Shown here: one piece after another, positions 8,862 to 19,062 of the stretch
How positions within the stretch are numbered: position 1 is the stretch's first letter
How the letters are laid out: each line of letters begins with the position of its first letter
Origin: Parvularculaceae bacterium
GTDB taxonomy: Bacteria; Pseudomonadota; Alphaproteobacteria; Caulobacterales; Parvularculaceae
Length of the DNA: 64,000 nt
Assembly: GCA_021776465.1 (NCBI GenBank)
Contig: JAJFFU010000147.1
Span: 5,465-69,464, forward strand
Reading direction: 5' to 3'
Program-made: the position numbers and the translations under genes
The notes under the pieces: generated by a model
Seen by the model: the letters and a program-made list of their open reading frames with translations, nothing else
The model's database searches: none
Told to the model about the DNA's origin: nothing

Positions 8862-10921
8862 TACGACAATCCTATTGTGACAACAAGTTCGCCATAGTCG
8901 CCGACGTCAAGACTGTCGCCAGCGTGAATAACAACGGTCGAGCTTCGTTCTTCGATAATCGCGGGACCTTCGATATTATCTTTGGCGAAAAGGAGCGCCC
9001 GGTCGTAAACGCCGTAATCAACCGAACACTTCTGTTCGAACTGATAAACAGGCCGCATGCCTTTCTTTGCGCTATTCGTGTTGTTTTGACGTTCCGGCAA
9101 ACGTTTCAGTGTCGGCTTCTCCAATACGCCCGTCGCGCGGATTCGCACCGTCACGACCTCGATGGGATCTTCCATATCGTGGCCGTATTGAGCGCGGTGA
9201 AGCTCGGCAAACCGTGATGTGCATTCATCGATGTTATCGCTTGATAACTGCTCGTCGGGTAACTCAACGCCAACGGTGTGCTCTTGGCCTTGATAACGAA
9301 GCTCGACCGTTCTCGTAATCCGCATCGTCGTTTCGCTAAAACCGTCGCGAACCAACGCATCGCGTCCCTGCTTCTCCAGCGTTGCGATGGCGCCATTCAA
9401 ATAAGCGACCTCCTCGCTGTCGCTGCTCAGAACAGTCACATAGGTCTGAGAAAAATCATGCACGACATCGGCCATCAGCATGCCGAACGCTGCAAAATTT
9501 CCAGGGCCCGGCGGCACGATGACCTTTCCCACACCAAGCTCACGCGCGACCCGGCACGCGACCAGCGAACCGCCGCCGCCGAATGCAAAGATTGCATAAT
9601 TTTTCGGATGATGACCTTGTTCGATCGAAATCACTCGCACCGCGCCAGCCATTTTTGCTTCGCTAATGCGCAAGATCCCCGCCGCCGTCTCCTCGCGCCT
9701 CATTTGAAGACGCTTCGCTAGCCGATCAACAGCGGCGGCCGATAAGCCTCCATCAACCGCCAGCTCGCCGCCAAGAAAATTGTCTGCATCGAGATAGCCA
9801 AGCACGATTGCAGCGTCTGTCACTGTCGCGTCTTCGCCGCCATTGTTATAGCATGCCGGCCCCGGAGACGCGCCGGCGCTCTTCGGCCCAACCTGCAAAT
9901 GGCCGGCGTCATCCAACCATGCAATGCTGCCGCCGCCGGCGCCGATTGTGTGAATGTCAGCGGCCGGAACGGAGATCGGCATTCCTTCAAAATTTTGTTC
10001 ACTTCGGATTTTCAGGCGTCCATCCTCGATCAGCGACACATCGAGACTGGTGCCGCCCATATCGAAAGTGATGAGATTTTTGTGCCCGATTAAATCGGCG
10101 ATCGCCGACGCGCCAATCACGCCGCCCGCAGGTCCTGACAAGATTAGGTGAGCAGGTTGTTCTTTGGCCGTATCAACATTCATCACGCCGCCCCCCGACC
10201 GGGTCAAGAGAAAGTTTCCTCTAAACCCACCAGCGTCAAGCGCGCGCTCCAGTTTGCTTAGGTAGTTGCTGGAAATCGGTTTAATATAAGCATCCACCAC
10301 CGCCGTACTTGTTCGCTCATATTCACGGTATTCGCGACTTAGCTCCGAAGAGATCGTTACAGAAACGCCGGGGCATTCTTCCGCAAGAATTTGTAGCATC
10401 TCCTGCTCATGCGCAGGATTTATGTAGCTGTGCAGGAAACAAATGGCGACAGCATCCACTTTCGCAGCGCGGATTTTCTCCGCCACCGCAATCGCAGAGC
10501 TGCGGGAGAGCGGCGTGAGAACCTCTCCCTTATAATTCATTCGTTCCTCGACCTCAAAAATATTCTTGCGCGGCGCCAATAATGGCGGATTGACATATTT
10601 AAAGTCGTACATTGGCTCGCGGTCATTGCGACCAAGAATATATACATCGCGAAAACCTTTGGTGGTGACAATACCGACTCTCGCCCCTGACCGGGTTAGC
10701 AGAGCATTTAACGGCAATGTCGTGCCATGCACAAAATAATCTAACTTCTTGAGGTCGACCGCAGATTTCGCGAATCCGCTAATAACGCCTTCAGTCGGTT
10801 TTTCAGGTGTCGTTTGAACCTTTTCAAACCTGATATCGCCGCTGGCATCGTCCATAACGGTCACATCCGTAAATGTTCCGCCTACGTCAACAGAAGTGCG
10901 CATACCTTTACCATCCCGCAA
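8861..10921 (-). CDS. Hydantoinase A / oxoprolinase family ATP-dependent subunit
   Basis: DVGGTFTD, HGTT, REYERTST, SGPAGG, DMGGTS, GAGGGS, GP.SAGA.PGPACY. Its stop overlaps the subunit B start (TAATG). Start could be ATG 10903. Confidence 0.92.
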   Translation of the reverse strand: MRDGKGMRTSVDVGGTFTDVTVMDDASGDIRFEKVQTTPEKPTEGVISGFAKSAVDLKKLDYFVHGTTLPLNALLTRSGARVGIVTTKGFRDVYILGRNDREPMYDFKYVNPPLLAPRKNIFEVEERMNYKGEVLTPLSRSSAIAVAEKIRAAKVDAVAICFLHSYINPAHEQEMLQILAEECPGVSVTISSELSREYREYERTSTAVVDAYIKPISSNYLSKLERALDAGGFRGNFLLTRSGGGVMNVDTAKEQPAHLILSGPAGGVIGASAIADLIGHKNLITFDMGGTSLDVSLIEDGRLKIRSEQNFEGMPISVPAADIHTIGAGGGSIAWLDDAGHLQVGPKSAGASPGPACYNNGGEDATVTDAAIVLGYLDADNFLGGELAVDGGLSAAAVDRLAKRLQMRREETAAGILRISEAKMAGAVRVISIEQGHHPKNYAIFAFGGGGSLVACRVARELGVGKVIVPPGPGNFAAFGMLMADVVHDFSQTYVTVLSSDSEEVAYLNGAIATLEKQGRDALVRDGFSETTMRITRTVELRYQGQEHTVGVELPDEQLSSDNIDECTSRFAELHRAQYGHDMEDPIEVVTVRIRATGVLEKPTLKRLPERQNNTNSAKKGMRPVYQFEQKCSVDYGVYDRALLFAKDNIEGPAIIEERSSTVVIHAGDSLDVGDYGELVVTIGLS

Positions 10922-10979
10922 CCGACCATCGTCGGTATTTTGATTTTGCGAAAATATCTTCGCAATCCATAAGCCAGTG

Positions 10980-11285
10980 TCATTTTATCAGTATATATAA
11001 AACTTCGGTGTCTTGGGGAGCGGTTACCGAATGCTCCTTATGCGGAGGTATTTCGACAATCGCGCCCGGCTTAACTGTCCTGACCTCACCGTCGGATTCT
11101 ATTTCAAGCATTCCATTCAGGATTATGGATATTTCTCGCGCGTCGTGCACAGCCGATGGCGTACGCTGTCCCTTCAAGAATCGAACGCAGCCGATCTCGA
11201 TGTTTTTGGCGTCCGTAAGGTCATAATTGAGGAGCCCCATTGTCTTCAATGCTTCTTCAGGAAAGCGCAATGGATAGCACTTCAT
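10980..11285 (-). CDS. Small cupin-domain protein
   Basis: H...EISIILNG and PGAIVEIPPHKEH cupin motifs; overlaps the upstream regulator stop. Confidence 0.8.
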   Translation of the reverse strand: MKCYPLRFPEEALKTMGLLNYDLTDAKNIEIGCVRFLKGQRTPSAVHDAREISIILNGMLEIESDGEVRTVKPGAIVEIPPHKEHSVTAPQDTEVLYILIK

Positions 11286-11944
11286 TTTTTGCCACCCTTC
11301 TTCGCCTTACGTTTTTGCTTTGATTTCGACTTTCGCCCCCCATTGCCCGAGCTTTTTGCATTAAAGCTTTTTCCAAAAATCGGCGGCGTACCTACCCAAA
11401 GCAGCCTAACTGGCTTCTTTCCGCGATTTTCCATCGTGTATTCAAGATGCGTATTGAAATGCAGGCTGTCGGTAGCGTTCAGTTCAAAAACCTCGTCACC
11501 AAGCTCGAAGTGAAGTTGCCCCTCGAGAACGAGATAAAACGCTTCACCTTCGCGATGAACACGCGGGAAGCTAAGCCCCGGCGGAATGATGTGATGTATG
11601 GCGTCCATCTTTTCATCGGGAAGACCGGAACTCAATCTTATATATGTAACCGGCGAGTCGATATCGATGTATTCAGGATCGTCCCCTCTTCGCAGGATCC
11701 TCGTCCCTTTTGGAGTTTTGAAAAAGTAATCGAGTTCGACATTAAGCGGTTTGGCGAGGCTCATCAGTGACACGACTGACGGCGTCGCTTTTCCACGCTC
11801 AGCCTGCGAAATGAAAGACGCGGACAAACCTGACTGCTCGGCAAGGTCTTGCAGCGTTAAACCGAGCTTTTTACGGCGGTCGCGAATTAATGCAGCGATG
11901 CCGATGCCATGTTTTGAAACCGTCTTAGTCATATCACTCGTCAT
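11282..11944 (-). CDS. XRE-family HTH + cupin transcriptional regulator (PuuR/SutR-like)
   Basis: LTLQDLAEQSGLSASFISQAERG..TPS HTH, C-terminal cupin (H.EGE..YLVLEG), Lys-rich tail. Confidence 0.9.
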   Translation of the reverse strand: MTSDMTKTVSKHGIGIAALIRDRRKKLGLTLQDLAEQSGLSASFISQAERGKATPSVVSLMSLAKPLNVELDYFFKTPKGTRILRRGDDPEYIDIDSPVTYIRLSSGLPDEKMDAIHHIIPPGLSFPRVHREGEAFYLVLEGQLHFELGDEVFELNATDSLHFNTHLEYTMENRGKKPVRLLWVGTPPIFGKSFNAKSSGNGGRKSKSKQKRKAKKGGKK

Positions 11945-12003
11945 ATTCTAAAATCTTTCCATGTCACTCTATTTCGAAACCGCCATTCTGGCAGATTCAC
12001 TAG

Positions 12004-12052
12004 CCGAAAGAAGACCTCACGTTTCCAGCAACGCGCGGTCAAGTCTTTCCGG
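12004..12052 (-). terminator. Long imperfect stem-loop directly after the TonB receptor stop (terminator or mRNA-stabilising hairpin)
   Basis: Arms ccggaaaga..gacc.cgcgtt and aacgtg.ggtc.tctttcgg pair; no clean U-tract. Confidence 0.45.
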
Positions 12053-12057
12053 GTTTC

Positions 12058-14304
12058 CTAGAATCTGTAACTGAAGTCTATGTTCCATGTACGCGGCAGA
12101 CCAAGGTGGGCAAAACCGCCGCCGACCCAATCGGAATTGTAACGCTCATCCAGCGCATTATTCATGCTGCCGACAATTGACCAAGCTCCATCATTAGCCT
12201 CAACACCCAGTCGCAAGGCGAGCAGATCAAGCGCGTCCCTCGCCGTCGAGTTTTCTGGATCCCAGAATTGTTTGCCGCGGTGCTCATAATCCGCACGCAT
12301 AAAAAGCCCCAACGAATTGGTCAGCGGCGTTCGGTACTGCGCACCAGCATTAAAGGTAATTCTCGCAACATATGGCGCCCAGTTACCAACATTGGATGGC
12401 ACACGGGCATATTCCTCGATGTTGCTATCTGTAAGGCCGGCAGAGACGTAAAAATCAAGCCCGTCCATTGGATTGGCGAACAGTTCGATTTCACCGCCGA
12501 TCAGCTCAACCTTATCAATGTTTTCCAGCACTTGCGCATTAAGCGCTCCGACAAAAACAAAATATTGTTGCCCCGTCACTTTCGTATAAAACGTCGCGGC
12601 GTTCAACTTCACGAGGTCATCAAAAAAGGCAGACTTAAAGCCGGCCTCGAAGGACTCGGTTTCTTCCTGGCCAGCGATATCAGAAAGACCGATTAGGCCG
12701 AAATTTGCAGCGCCCTCGGAAACGCCATTTTGATTAAACTGACCGCTACGGAAGCCTTCGCCCCACGACGCATATAGGTTCAAGTTATCGGTTGGTTGAT
12801 ACGAAATTGATACCTTCGGCTGCAATTTGTCGAATTCCGCATTGTTTCTCGCGCCCGCCATTCCAAGGCCGCCAAACAAAAACGGCGAAACATTCTGCAC
12901 ACGAATATCTTTGTCATACCGGGCGGCGACAGCAATTTCCAGCGTGTCCGTCACGTCATAGGCGAGCTGCCCAAAGACGGCCCAAGCCTTGTTGTCATTG
13001 TCATCGGCAAAAAATTGGGTCGTTGGATTATCTGGATCACTGGGGAAAGGCTCGCGCTCAACCCGCAAAACGCCCTGCCCCAGATCAAGGCCCGTCACTG
13101 TCGAAATAAACCGATCGGTTTTAAGAAAATATCCGCCGAGCATCCAGCGCAATCGCTGATCGGAAGGCGATGTGAAACGCAGCTCCTGGCTAAACGATTC
13201 GACATCAAGAAACTGCGTCGCCGTTCCATCAATGGAGCCAAATCCCGGTATCGATACACTCGTCGACGCCGTATAGGGAAACTGATCTTGCGAAAAGAAT
13301 TCACTCACGCGATTCCACGACGAAGTTGCCGTCACAGTCGCAAGCGGCAGATCGTAAGTGACCTTCAACGCAAGCTCGTCAATGTTTCTTTCGTTGTAGC
13401 CGAGATTATTTGCAGTAAACGGAATGCTCGTATCATTCGCATCCAGCGTGGAAAAATCGAAAGGAAAGTTCCCTGGCGCGGTCGTCGACAACGTTCTTCC
13501 GTCAGCGCCGAATATCGTCGGTTGGTAAGTAAAATTTGCGGCGCCGGCATCGACGCGGGAAATGTTTGCGCGGAAGTCTGCACTTAAATTGTCAGCGACA
13601 TGCCATTTTAACATCCCGCGAAAACTCAAATCTTCAATATAATCAACTTTTTCATTCAGCGTTATATTCGTATAATAGCCGCCCCGGTCGAGGTACCGAA
13701 CGCCGGCGCGAAAAAACAGTTTGTCCTCCACAATTGGCCCCATTACGGACCCTTGAACAAGGAATTCATCGCCTTTTCCATAGCCGGCCCGAAACGTTCC
13801 ATTAAAGTCATTCGTGGGCTGCTTTGTTGTGATGATAATAGCGCCGCCTGTTGCGTTGCGCCCGTAAAGCGCGCCTTGCGGACCGCGGACAATTTGAATT
13901 GATTCTATATCAAATAGCTCTTGGGTGAATTGGTTGGGGCTAACTTGCAGCACACCATCGACTAGTGTCGCGATCGGCGGCTCACCGTTACGGACCTGAG
14001 AAATACCGCGTATGGTGATAAACGACGTACCCGCGTTTTGAGAATCTACAAATGTCACATTCGGGGTCAGACCTATGAAGTCATCCGGTCGGTCGATTTG
14101 AGCGTCCAATACGTCCTGCGCGGAAAAGGCAGTAATGCTCAAAGGGACATCCTCAAGACGCTCCTCACGATATCGCGCTGTGACGACTATTTGATCGTCT
14201 ATTCTCGCCGCACTTCCGTCATTTTGCGCGCTTGCCGGCACGACCGCTATTGCGCTTGTAAATACCGAACCAAGCAAGACAGTCTGAACGAATTTGTTGG
14301 TCAT
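12058..14304 (-). CDS. TonB-dependent receptor (catabolic type)
   Basis: Signal peptide, TonB box IVVTARYREE, plug motif RGPQGALYGRNATGGAI, C-terminal YRF. Confidence 0.95.
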   Translation of the reverse strand: MTNKFVQTVLLGSVFTSAIAVVPASAQNDGSAARIDDQIVVTARYREERLEDVPLSITAFSAQDVLDAQIDRPDDFIGLTPNVTFVDSQNAGTSFITIRGISQVRNGEPPIATLVDGVLQVSPNQFTQELFDIESIQIVRGPQGALYGRNATGGAIIITTKQPTNDFNGTFRAGYGKGDEFLVQGSVMGPIVEDKLFFRAGVRYLDRGGYYTNITLNEKVDYIEDLSFRGMLKWHVADNLSADFRANISRVDAGAANFTYQPTIFGADGRTLSTTAPGNFPFDFSTLDANDTSIPFTANNLGYNERNIDELALKVTYDLPLATVTATSSWNRVSEFFSQDQFPYTASTSVSIPGFGSIDGTATQFLDVESFSQELRFTSPSDQRLRWMLGGYFLKTDRFISTVTGLDLGQGVLRVEREPFPSDPDNPTTQFFADDNDNKAWAVFGQLAYDVTDTLEIAVAARYDKDIRVQNVSPFLFGGLGMAGARNNAEFDKLQPKVSISYQPTDNLNLYASWGEGFRSGQFNQNGVSEGAANFGLIGLSDIAGQEETESFEAGFKSAFFDDLVKLNAATFYTKVTGQQYFVFVGALNAQVLENIDKVELIGGEIELFANPMDGLDFYVSAGLTDSNIEEYARVPSNVGNWAPYVARITFNAGAQYRTPLTNSLGLFMRADYEHRGKQFWDPENSTARDALDLLALRLGVEANDGAWSIVGSMNNALDERYNSDWVGGGFAHLGLPRTWNIDFSYRF

Positions 14305-14359
14305 TTTTATCCCCTATCCGTTGCGCTTCGGAGCGGCTTTGCCCTCACCCCAAACGCCC

Positions 14360-14382
14360 AAAAAAAGTGTGGCGCACCACAC
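14360..14382 (-). terminator. Intrinsic-terminator-like hairpin inside the TonB receptor 5' leader
   Basis: Minus strand GTGTGG-TGCG-CCACAC-TTTTTTT, between the predicted promoter and ATG 14304. Confidence 0.55.
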
Positions 14383-14417
14383 GAACTTACCCCGCAAAAG
14401 TAAGCTTAGCATAAAAT

Positions 14418-14446
14418 GTTGTATACTGTAATTTTAACTATGTCAA
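14418..14446 (-). promoter_or_regulatory. sigma70-type promoter for the TonB receptor-hydantoinase operon
   Basis: TTGACA (14446-14441), 17 bp, TACAAC (14423-14418) in an AT-rich tract. Confidence 0.55.
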
Positions 14447-14771
14447 AATATTTTTTGCCGGCGAAGCATTCGACAAAGACAAGCGCCGAACGTAACGCAC
14501 GCTGATCATTGAATTGATTGTGTTTTTCGTTCGCGTTTGGCTGGCTTGCGATGATCACCTGCTGCGCTTGTCACCCTTGAGACTGGAGAGATTTTCCAGG
14601 AAGAATAGGACGAAGCTTAAAAATGATCGGCGTTTGCGATTTCGCGGACAGTCTTTTGCGCCAATTGAACGGTAAAACGATCGCGAGCGCCCGACCCAAG
14701 ACACCATCCAACAAGGCCGTCAGCCGGCCCCGATCATACAGCGCAGTCTGACCTTCGCCCGCTACCGTCCT

Positions 14772-15251
14772 TTATGTATCTTCCACCAATAGCAAACTTG
14801 TATCTTTGACTTCCTCCATCACTGGAAACGTCGAAGTTTGGAAAACGCCGGGCAAGTCAGAGATGATGTCGCCCAACAAGTCCCGGTAAGTATGCATGTC
14901 TTTGGTTCGTACCTTCAGCAAATAATCATACCCTCCCGAAAGCATATGACACGAAAGTATTTGTGGTACTTTGCACGCCGCCATATTGAATTGCTCAAGA
15001 CTTTTCGAGGTCGTGCTTTCAAGTTTTACCTGCACGAATACGAGATAATCCTGCTGAATTTTTTTTGGGTCGAGAACGGCTTGATACGCCCGAATGAACT
15101 TCTCCTTTTCCAATCGCCTTAACCGCTTCAAGCAAGGCGACTTCGTCAGATTGACCCGCTCTGCGAGTTCAACAACTGACACTCGACCTTCCTTCTGAAT
15201 TTCCCGCAATATACGCCGGTCCGTATCATCTAATTGCCCCCCATTTTCCAT
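14772..15251 (-). CDS. putR: Lrp/AsnC-family regulator, divergent from putA
   Basis: LDDTDRRIL..ELAERVNLTKSPCLKRLRRLE HTH and GGYDYLLKV; the classic alphaproteobacterial putR-putA arrangement. Confidence 0.85.
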   Translation of the reverse strand: MENGGQLDDTDRRILREIQKEGRVSVVELAERVNLTKSPCLKRLRRLEKEKFIRAYQAVLDPKKIQQDYLVFVQVKLESTTSKSLEQFNMAACKVPQILSCHMLSGGYDYLLKVRTKDMHTYRDLLGDIISDLPGVFQTSTFPVMEEVKDTSLLLVEDT

Positions 15252-15348
15252 TTAGACCATCCTTTTGGATCGCTTCGCGCATTTTTTTAGTCTTTATGTC
15301 TAATCATTCAACATAAAAGAGGAACACTTCCTTTTCATTTTTGGCATC

Positions 15349-18300
15349 ATGGCGGCAACAAAGGAAACGCTGATGCCGGACGGTCAATCCACCTCACCTA
15401 TAGACGCGCGCAATCCGATCGCCGCCGCCTATTTGGCCGATGAGGGCGAATTGTTGCGGCACCTCTTAACAGTTCTGGACTTATCCATGGACGAGCGCAC
15501 GCGCATCAGCGCAGATGCGATAGATCTAGTGCGCCGTATCCGCACTCGATCAAGACGCCTAGATCTTATCGACGCCTTTTTGCAGCAATATGGTTTATCA
15601 TCGGAGGAAGGCGTACACCTTATGCGCCTGTCCGAAGCGCTCATTCGTACGCCAGACTTCGCGACATCTCGCGCACTCATTCGAGACAAAATATCAGCCG
15701 GCGCATGGGCGCGTCACGCCGGCGCCAGCACTGATATTCTCGTCAACAGCACGACCCAGGGGCTGCGCTTATCCTCAGCATGGATTACGGCAACTGGCGG
15801 CGTCATGGCAAAAAACCTCGCCGCCAAGCTCGGTGACCGCGTCATGAATGCGGCGATCGCGCAAGCCATGGCGCTAATAAGCGACCATTTCGTCCTTGGC
15901 CGGTCGATTGAGGCGGCCACCGCTACAGCTCGCGCCGGGGAAGCTAAAGGCTTCTCGTATTCCTACGACATGCTCGGTGAAGCCGCGCACACTGCAGAAG
16001 ATGCCCGACGATACTGGAAATCTTACGCCCACGCCATCGCTCATCTAGCGTCCTGTGACCGTGTTGCCGCCGCCATTGGCAACGCGCCCGGCATTTCCGT
16101 CAAATTGTCCGCTTTGCATCCGCGTTACGAATTTGCACAGCGTGCGCGATGCGTTCCGGTTCTTGTCGAAAGAGTTCGTGAACTCGCGCTTGTCGCCAAA
16201 AAAGCCAATCTCGGTTTTACAATTGATGCAGAAGAAGCAGATCGCCTTGAGGTCTCACTCGAGATTTTCAATTTGCTGCTTGCAGAGGAATCGCTTGCCG
16301 GTTGGGATGGCCTCGGCATTGTCGTGCAAGCCTATCAACGACGCGCCATCCCGACATTGAATTTAATCATAAAGACTGCTCGCGCAAACCGCCGCAATGT
16401 CACCGTGCGCCTCGTTAAGGGCGCCTATTGGGACACCGAAATCAAAAGAGCCCAGGAACTAGGCCTCGAAAGCTATCCCGTATTTACGCGCAAGGAAAAC
16501 ACAGATGTCAGCTATCTCGCCTGTGCACGCTTGCTGCTTGGCGCCACAGATATTCTTTATCCGCAATTTGCAACACACAACGCCCACACCGCGGCAGCGA
16601 TCCTCGCGATGGCCGGCGACAATCGACACTTCGAATTTCAACGCCTGCACGGCATGGGCGAATTCCTGCATGCTGAATTGATGCGTGACAGTGGCGTTAA
16701 TAGTCGCGTCTATGCCCCGGTCGGCGATCACAAGGAACTGTTACCCTATCTCGTGCGCCGCCTCCTTGAAAACGGCGCAAACAGCTCCTTTGTCAATCAG
16801 TTGCTCGATCTTGATGTCGATATCGCCGATATCGTCGGCGATCCGATTACGATCGCGCAACGAAATGCATCGCCGGAAAACCCCAAAATTTCGACACCGC
16901 GCGACCTTTTCGCAAGCGAACGGCTGAGCGCCCGCGGCATTGATTTAACGCAGTCAACGCAGGCGCAACGTATTGAAGCGACTGTACAACTCGCAAAAAA
17001 AGTTGAAGCCCGCTCTATCATTAACGGCCAAGACCGGGGAAGCGTCCGCGTAACGATACGCAATCCTACGAACACTGATGCGAAGGTTGGCGCGCATCAT
17101 AGCGCCGCGACACAAGACATCGACAATGCCATTGCCGCCGCCCGCACATCGACCTGGAGTACAAAATTCACACCCGCTGAGCGCACTGGCATACTCTTCT
17201 CCGCGGCGGATATTCTTGAACAGGACATGCACGACCTGATCGCTCTTTGTGTCACAGAAGCCGGGAAAACCCTGCCTGACGCCGTCGCTGAAATTCGCGA
17301 GGCAATCGACTTTTGCCGTTATTACGCACAGCAGGCGCTAGCTCCGCAAATGTTGTCCCGCGAGCCGCTTGGGACCGTTGCGTGCATTTCCCCTTGGAAT
17401 TTCCCATTAGCGATTTTCTTGGGGCAGATCACCGCCGCGCTCGCCGCGGGCAATACCGTCATCGCCAAACCCGCAGAACAAACGCCGTTAATTGCATATG
17501 TGGCTGTTAAACTTCTTCACCGCGCCGGCGTTCCCAAAGACGCGCTTCATCTTCTGGTCGGCGCCGGCGATATCGGCGCCCGTCTGACACGCTGTAAGGA
17601 CATCGCCGGCTTGTGCTTTACGGGCTCTATTGAAACGGCGAAGCGGATCGCAGCTGGCCTTGCCGATTCCGGGCGACCGGATACGCCGCTTATCGCTGAG
17701 ACGGGCGGATTGAACGTTATGATTGTCGACTCCACAGCGCTGCTTGAACAGGCAGTCCAGGACGTCGTCGACTCGGCCTACCAGAGCGCTGGCCAACGCT
17801 GCTCAGCCTGCCGTATCGTCGCCGTTCAAGACGATATCGCCCACGATTTTGTTCGCATGCTGTCCGGTTCAATGACGGAGTTGAAAGTTGGCGATCCCCG
17901 GCGCCTTTCAACTGATGTCGGACCAGTCATCGACACTGAGGCCCATGAATCGATCAGTAATTATTGCGAATACATGCGCTCACAGTTTTCCGTAATCGGT
18001 GAAGCGCCTGCGACAGACGAAATGAAAAACGGTTATTTCGTGCGGCCAATCGCCTTCGAGGTTTCGTCAATCGCCGACGTTCCGCGCGAAGTCTTCGGGC
18101 CCGTACTTCACCTCGTCCGCTTCGCTAGCGACGAGTTGGACAGCCTTATCGATTCAGTAAATGCCCTTGGTTACGGGCTCACTATGGGCTTGCACACGCG
18201 GATTGACGCCCGCGTCGATCAAATCGCCGCACGCGCCCAGGTGGGCAATCTCTATGTCAATCGCAACCAGATTGGCGCCCTCGTCGGCGTGCAGCCATTT

Positions 18301-19062
18301 GGCGGAGAAGGCTTATCCGGCACTGGCCCCAAAGCCGGAGGCCCTCACTATCTCTTAAGCCTATCCCACGCGACACCGACCCAGGATAACAGGTTTGAAG
18401 CCGTCCTAACGGCGCCCGAAATACAAAAGGCGAATGAAACCACAAATGATCTGGATACCCTGATCAATGCGGCGCGCGCCGCGCAATGCGCTTGGGCGTT
18501 TCAGGGCCGGCGCGCTATTCTGGAAAGAACCCTCGAGCTTACGACCGAGAAAAAATCGTTAGAGCAGATTATCGTCGATGCAACGAAATTGCAGGATGAG
18601 GCGATCGCGCTACCGGGCCCAACTGGCGAAGAGAACACACTGAAACTGTATCCCCGCGGCGCTTTTGCTTTATACGCCGCCGCCGACGTCGCAACGCTCG
18701 ACCGGCAAATCATTACAGCGCTTGCAAGCGGCAATACGCTGATTGCGTTTACGACCCAGAATAATCGTCAACGCGTTAAAGACTTTATCGCATCGCTTGT
18801 CGCCGCAGGCGCACCAGACAACCTGTTATCGATCGCGCCTTACGTTTATGCAGAAGAGATTTTGAACAGAAATATCAATGGCGCCATGGCGGAAGTTCCA
18901 GACCGTCAGCGGATCGCCGATCGATTATGCCGCCGCGCCGGCGCCATTCTGCCTCTACTTTCCACACATGATCCGCTGCCGCGTTATTTCCACGAACGCA
19001 CTCAGACCATCAACACAACAGCCGCCGGCGGCAATGCGTCATTACTCGCCGTTGCGCCATAG
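15349..19062 (+). CDS. putA: Bifunctional proline dehydrogenase / L-glutamate gamma-semialdehyde dehydrogenase
   Basis: SYDMLGEAA, SVKLSALHPRY, IDAEEA, VRLVKGAYWD, YLVRRLLENGANSSF, ETGG, SAGQRCSA, LPGPTGE, NTTAAGGNASL. Start may be ATG 15373. Confidence 0.97.
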   Translation: MAATKETLMPDGQSTSPIDARNPIAAAYLADEGELLRHLLTVLDLSMDERTRISADAIDLVRRIRTRSRRLDLIDAFLQQYGLSSEEGVHLMRLSEALIRTPDFATSRALIRDKISAGAWARHAGASTDILVNSTTQGLRLSSAWITATGGVMAKNLAAKLGDRVMNAAIAQAMALISDHFVLGRSIEAATATARAGEAKGFSYSYDMLGEAAHTAEDARRYWKSYAHAIAHLASCDRVAAAIGNAPGISVKLSALHPRYEFAQRARCVPVLVERVRELALVAKKANLGFTIDAEEADRLEVSLEIFNLLLAEESLAGWDGLGIVVQAYQRRAIPTLNLIIKTARANRRNVTVRLVKGAYWDTEIKRAQELGLESYPVFTRKENTDVSYLACARLLLGATDILYPQFATHNAHTAAAILAMAGDNRHFEFQRLHGMGEFLHAELMRDSGVNSRVYAPVGDHKELLPYLVRRLLENGANSSFVNQLLDLDVDIADIVGDPITIAQRNASPENPKISTPRDLFASERLSARGIDLTQSTQAQRIEATVQLAKKVEARSIINGQDRGSVRVTIRNPTNTDAKVGAHHSAATQDIDNAIAAARTSTWSTKFTPAERTGILFSAADILEQDMHDLIALCVTEAGKTLPDAVAEIREAIDFCRYYAQQALAPQMLSREPLGTVACISPWNFPLAIFLGQITAALAAGNTVIAKPAEQTPLIAYVAVKLLHRAGVPKDALHLLVGAGDIGARLTRCKDIAGLCFTGSIETAKRIAAGLADSGRPDTPLIAETGGLNVMIVDSTALLEQAVQDVVDSAYQSAGQRCSACRIVAVQDDIAHDFVRMLSGSMTELKVGDPRRLSTDVGPVIDTEAHESISNYCEYMRSQFSVIGEAPATDEMKNGYFVRPIAFEVSSIADVPREVFGPVLHLVRFASDELDSLIDSVNALGYGLTMGLHTRIDARVDQIAARAQVGNLYVNRNQIGALVGVQPFGGEGLSGTGPKAGGPHYLLSLSHATPTQDNRFEAVLTAPEIQKANETTNDLDTLINAARAAQCAWAFQGRRAILERTLELTTEKKSLEQIIVDATKLQDEAIALPGPTGEENTLKLYPRGAFALYAAADVATLDRQIITALASGNTLIAFTTQNNRQRVKDFIASLVAAGAPDNLLSIAPYVYAEEILNRNINGAMAEVPDRQRIADRLCRRAGAILPLLSTHDPLPRYFHERTQTINTTAAGGNASLLAVAP

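Noticed and set aside
14387-14392. Isolated TTACCC/GGGTAA hexamers (also 30888 and 43386) as regulon sites
   Set aside because: Single copies without a partner at about 20 bp are expected by chance; the 14387 copy is part of a leader hairpin.
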